64,000 bases of DNA, taken from the NCBI GenBank assembly GCA_002811645.1, contig PDIP01000089.1, forward strand, positions 88,303 through 152,302, given 5' to 3'. Below are positions 63,279 to 64,000 of the stretch, one piece after another (position 1 is the first letter of the stretch; each line of letters begins with the position of its first letter). The notes under the pieces are model-generated. The model was not told where the DNA came from. It made no database searches and saw only the letters and a list, made by a program, of their open reading frames with translations. This DNA is from Corallochytrium limacisporum Hawaii (lineage: Eukaryota; Protista; Pluriformea). The position numbers and the translations under genes were made by a program.

Positions 63279-64000
63279 CAACCAACTTCCATATCACAAA
63301 CAACTAGAACAACACCTACATGGCATTACATTTTGAACATAGCATAATTCATCCATCCCAACGATACGCATCTCACAGTCAGTGTTTACATCAGTTGCTG
63401 CCTTGAAATGGCGAGAGGATCGCTGCCTCTGCACTTTTGCGGGATACCCTTGACAAACCATTGGGTCGGATCTAACCATCCCCGTTGTAGCCCATCACCA
63501 TCCTTATTGTGATGGTGTATATAGGCCCCTTCCAAACAAAGCACCCAAACTCGCCCACTAGACCAAATAAGCCCCACCTCCCCCCCCCCCCCNNNNNNNN
63601 NNNNNNNNNNNNNNNNNNNNNNNNNNNNNNNNNNNNNNNNNNNNNNNNNNNNNNNNNNNNNNNNNGCCCCTTCCAAAAAAAGCCCCCAAACTCCCCCCCT
63701 AAACCGAAAAAGCCCCCCCCCCCCCCCCCCCCCGGGGGGGAGAGAGGGGGCCGCGATTGCCGGCGAACGGGAGTGTTACCTCCAAACGGAGGGGAAGCCG
63801 AGATAAGATTCTTTCTCCATTATTCCTTTCGGTCTCTTCCTCGTTTCTCCTTTCCACCGCGGAAATTCTCCCCCGACTCCCTGCTAGCCCTCGTTTTCTC
63901 TCCGTTTCCGTAACCTGTCACCGGTCCTCTGGCCCTCCTCCCTGCTCACTGCACCCGCTCCGATTCCACGTCCCCCCGGGGGGGGGGGGGACCTCAGGGG

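Noticed and set aside
1-64000. CRISPR arrays, transposons, rRNA, prokaryotic operons
   Set aside because: No spaced direct repeats, transposase/RT/integrase motifs or rRNA-like sequence seen; the gene content is eukaryotic.

Overview
Eukaryotic nuclear DNA with about 20 protein-coding genes, each a single uninterrupted ORF with no introns seen, including RPS19 and a 3.7-kb ROCK. The gene content (true ROCK, LIN54/tesmin, UFM1, GFOD, TTD14, CD225/dispanin) and the lack of introns suggest an intron-poor unicellular relative of animals such as Corallochytrium. That assignment is inference only. Housekeeping genes: AP-3 beta, RPS19, ROCK, UFM1, CysRS, GFOD, TTC39, LIN54-like, TTD14-like, XPNPEP1, a REXO5-like exonuclease, and a 59-aa CMC4 missed by the ORF track. 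The most interesting block is 36-45 kb. It holds a divergent pair of small heat-shock genes followed by three tandem IFITM/dispanin (CD225) genes. These carry IFITM3-like PPxY/YxxPhi trafficking motifs and 0, 1 and 3 copies of a six-cysteine C-terminal module I do not recognise. Other points: CMC4 ends only 46 bp before the exonuclease ORF (candidate bicistron); three orphan genes; about 11.7 kb with no convincing intact gene (50.5-62.3 kb) containing possible decayed coding sequence; and G/C-homopolymer-rich intergenic islands that coincide with nine assembly gaps. All family calls come from motif recognition by eye; no database search was run.
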